DNA of 64,000 nt. Origin: an uncultured Hungatella sp. Its GTDB lineage: Bacteria > Bacillota > Clostridia > Lachnospirales > Lachnospiraceae. Shown here in pieces: positions 61,116 to 64,000 of the stretch. The translations under genes and the position numbers were made by a program. The stretch covers positions 484-64,483 of the forward strand of contig CAMTAF010000004.1 in NCBI GenBank assembly GCA_947066955.1. Reading direction: 5' to 3'. The notes below the pieces were generated by a model that saw only the letters and a list, made by a program, of their open reading frames with translations, was not told the DNA's origin and did no database searches. The stretch's first letter is position 1; each line of letters opens with the position of its first letter.

Positions 61116-64000
61116 TTACCGCACTACCCATGCCCCGGACCCGTCTACGAAATATCCGTCCGGCGTCCTCTCGCTGCAGTACATGGAGCCATAGGGCCTG
61201 CCGGCCTCTGAAACCGGACTCAGATAATACCATACCGCCCCTGCCTGCTGCCATCCAACCAGCATATTCCCGTTAACAAGGTCCAGATAATACCAGAGAC
61301 CGTCCACATCCTGGTACCATCCAACTCTCATTCCTGAATTAATGTCAATGTAATACCAGAGATTTGTTCTATGATCCAATAACCAGCCTTCCTTGGCATA
61401 ACCGTCCGCCCCAAAGGCCCACCAGGCGCCGTTGATCACCTTCCATGAGACATATTCCCGTCCCTCTTCCGTTTTTCCGGCTTCACAGGAGCCGCCTGCG
61501 TACTGATAGCGCCATCTCCCGCTGTCAGAGACCCATGCGCCGGTGCTTCCCTGGTTCGGTCCGCCAGGAGCGCTGGGACCGCCTTTCGAGCCGGAACCTC
61601 CTCCCGAACCGGAGCCGCCTCCCGAGCTGGAACCTCCTCCTGAGCTGGAACCTCCTCCCGAGCCAGAGCCGCCCCCTGAGCCGGAACCTCCTCCTGAGCC
61701 GGAACCTCCCCCCGAGCTGCTCTGTTTCGCTTTATACCCCACAGCTATGGGCGACAGGCTGTAGACCTTAAATCGAAGTCCATCCGCGGTTTTCTCCAGG
61801 GATGGGGTCTCAATTTCTCCCGCGTGATCGCCGGTGGTAAACATATGGGTCACAATAAAATCATACCTGGCCTGCGTTGTCCCTGACGGATAAGGCAGGG
61901 TGACTGTGATCCCTTCTTCCGGGAACGTGCTTTCTGTAGCCTTTGTCCAGGTTGCCCCGCCGTCAGTGGTATACATAAGAGTTACGTCATAGACCAGCAC
62001 ATGGTCTGCCGCGACCCCGGACATGGTCTGCTGTACGTGGGATTTCATCTGCGCCTCGATCTTCTCCGGCGTGTTCAAATCCGGATGATCCCTCAATGCA
62101 TCAGGAACCTGAGAGATCCCTTGTTCCCGCTCTGTTTTATATCCCGGCGCGGAAATAATGGTCAAGGTTCCCGGAAGCACGGTCACCTCATAATTTGTGT
62201 CAGGGTCAGCCGTGCCTGTGATCTCGTAAGTTCCCTCTTCGGAGTCCGGCGAAGCCGCGGTAGACAGGGTGACCCCCAGCATCTCAACGGTGTCATCTCC
62301 TGCCAGCACTCCTTCCTCCGGCGCTTCAAGGGTCAGTTCCGGGTTGTCCCTCCCCGCAAGCCTGACCTTGTCCGCCGCCTTTACGGTCACAGGCTTCTTC
62401 GCCACGGTTATATCAATAGAAGAAGCTCTGCTGTCATTGTAATTCTCGTCGCCCTGCTTTATGACGCTTACTCTGGCAGTTCCCGCTCCCACGGCAATGG
62501 CCTGATTTCCGCTGACAGAGAGAACCCTGCTGCCCTCTGACACAAAGAATACCATCTGTCCGTCTCCGCTTCCTCCGAATGCCGCCAATTCAAAGGGAGC
62601 ATCCCCGTAAATTTTACCATCCACGGAGTTTATGGTCACAGGCGCCTGGCTGGCTTTCTGAATCTGCCATGGAATCGTGACAGACGATCCCTGACCAAAA
62701 TCCCAGACATATTGGTCCGGATCTGCCAGGGCGATCTCTGCCTCATATTCTCCTGCGTTGACTCCCCTGCCGCCTTTCATGATCCGCATAATATCTGGAT
62801 CAAAACCCGTCAGGCTTACTTCTATCTCATTTCCCGTATAAACATAGGTTTTATCAGGCGTCAAAGCAGGCCTGGCCACTGTTATCTTATGGTTCTCCGG
62901 GGAAACCACCGACAGCCTTCCCGGAAGGATTGTAACCGCGTAGTTGCGGGAATCAGCCGTTCCCGTGATCTGATAAATGCCTGACTGTGAATCTTTCCTC
63001 GCTGTGGTGGACAGGCGGATTCCCAGGGCCTCTATGGTGTCATCTCCCACCAGCGCTCCCTGGTCCAGACCCTCTATGGTCAGTTCCGGATTATCCTCCC
63101 CCACATATTTTATCTTGTCCGCGGCTTTCACTGTCACCGTTTTTTTAGCAATGGTCACGTCCGTGAACACGGCGGCGCTGTCCTTGTAATTCCCGTCTCC
63201 CTCTCTCACGGCCTTCACCCTGGCAGTCCCCGCGCCCAGGATCGTTCCTTTATTTCCGCTGACGGCAAGGACTCCGCTGCTGTCTGATACAGAGATCACA
63301 ATCTGACCGTCCCCGCTTCCTCCCGCGGCCTTTAAGTCAAAATCGGGATCCCCATAAATCTTATTTTCTATGGCCTCCAAGGACAGGGGCGCCTGATCGG
63401 CTTTCTGGATCTGCCAGGAAATGTTTACGGACGCTCCGTCCTCATGTTCCCAGGCATAATGAGCCGGGTCCGCCAGCCGGATTTCGGCCGTGTATTCTCC
63501 CGCGTTGATGCCTTTGTCTCCTCCCACCATGCGCATGAGCCCGGAATCAAATCCCGTCAGGCTCACCTGGATCTCCCGGCCTGTATAAACATAGCTTCTT
63601 CCGGCCTCCAAAACAGGTTCTGCCACCCTTGTTTTGAGAGTGGTAATGGACACTGCCTGGGATACACTGTCCTCATAATTTCTGCTGTTAAAGATTCTTA
63701 CATACAGATAATATGTAGTCCCGCGGTTCAGCCCGGAGAATACAGGGCTTGCCTGCCACTGGATATTCCCTTTTCCGCTGTCTGGGGCGATTCCGTATTC
63801 CACGGTTCCCGTCCCGCCGGAACCAGGGCCTAAGTCCGCGGGCTTAAGGACAATCTGGCTGTCTGTAACGCTGTCCGCCTCAGGCGTCGGCACAACCAAG
63901 GCTTTTTCAATGGTAAATATTCCAGGGTTAAAGGTAATCCTGTAGTTCGGATTTTCTTCATCCGTCAGGGTTCCCCGGCCGATCCCGTACCCACCGGCCC
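61116..64000 (-). CDS. Large surface protein (5' end outside window): FN3-like, two ~250-aa MBG-containing repeats, Gly-Ser linker, choline/cell-wall-binding repeats
   Basis: Frame is open to the window edge; repeated VTVKAADK..G.DNPELT...Y.VT..PG; GSGGGS 18-bp repeats; W-rich GWYQDVDGLWYYL repeats. Confidence 0.85.
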   Translation of the reverse strand, partial: AGGYGIGRGTLTDEENPNYRITFNPGIFTIEKALVVPTPEADSVTDSQIVLKPADLGPGSGGTGTVEYGIAPDSGKGNIQWQASPVFSGLNRGTTYYLYVRIFNSRNYEDSVSQAVSITTLKTRVAEPVLEAGRSYVYTGREIQVSLTGFDSGLMRMVGGDKGINAGEYTAEIRLADPAHYAWEHEDGASVNISWQIQKADQAPLSLEAIENKIYGDPDFDLKAAGGSGDGQIVISVSDSSGVLAVSGNKGTILGAGTARVKAVREGDGNYKDSAAVFTDVTIAKKTVTVKAADKIKYVGEDNPELTIEGLDQGALVGDDTIEALGIRLSTTARKDSQSGIYQITGTADSRNYAVTILPGRLSVVSPENHKITVARPALTPDKTYVYTGNEIEVSLTGFDPDIMRIMKGGRGVNAGEYEAEIALADPDQYVWDFGQGSSVTIPWQIQKASQAPVTINSVDGKIYGDAPFELAAFGGSGDGQMVFFVSEGSRVLSVSGNQAIAVGAGTARVSVIKQGDENYNDSRASSIDITVAKKPVTVKAADKVRLAGRDNPELTLEAPEEGVLAGDDTVEMLGVTLSTAASPDSEEGTYEITGTADPDTNYEVTVLPGTLTIISAPGYKTEREQGISQVPDALRDHPDLNTPEKIEAQMKSHVQQTMSGVAADHVLVYDVTLMYTTDGGATWTKATESTFPEEGITVTLPYPSGTTQARYDFIVTHMFTTGDHAGEIETPSLEKTADGLRFKVYSLSPIAVGYKAKQSSSGGGSGSGGGSGSGGGSGSGGGSSSGGGSSSGGGSGSGGGSGSKGGPSAPGGPNQGSTGAWVSDSGRWRYQYAGGSCEAGKTEEGREYVSWKVINGAWWAFGADGYAKEGWLLDHRTNLWYYIDINSGMRVGWYQDVDGLWYYLDLVNGNMLVGWQQAGAVWYYLSPVSEAGRPYGSMYCSERTPDGYFVDGSGAWVVR

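Overview
Chromosomal window from a spore-forming gut Clostridium, most likely Lachnospiraceae (spoVT, DUF4317, choline-binding-type surface-protein repeats, several PTS loci). It starts at the right end of an integrated element: a tyrosine integrase convergent on the 3' end of tRNA-Gly(TCC). Next come spoVT, two CAP/SCP secreted proteins, TctABC and shikimate kinase. From 11 to 49 kb there are four PTS loci, each paired with a de-conjugating enzyme rather than the usual GH1/GH4 phospho-glycosidase: glycosylasparaginase (with a GrdB-like protein, M20 dipeptidase and CutC); sulfatase (with maturase and TauE); a ceramidase-like amidohydrolase; and GH2 beta-glucuronidase (with GH88 and DUF2264). 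This stretch also holds a probable bile-acid 12alpha-hydroxysteroid dehydrogenase and an atypical HPr paralogue (H15 kept, S46 to Q). The last 14 kb mix TA/defence-like genes and remnants (Phd-VapC, ImmA/IrrE plus truncated DUF4411, orphan AbiEi, orphan AAA ATPase), an unusual phosphatase / RpiR-like / EIIB-ROK operon, a degenerate GGDEF-EAL protein and the 3' part of a large MBG-domain surface protein. The most striking non-coding signal is a structured ~88-bp dispersed repeat at 7 loci, always co-oriented with the next gene and ending just before its ribosome-binding site. No CRISPR array or rRNA was seen. All calls come from motif recognition by eye; no database search was run.
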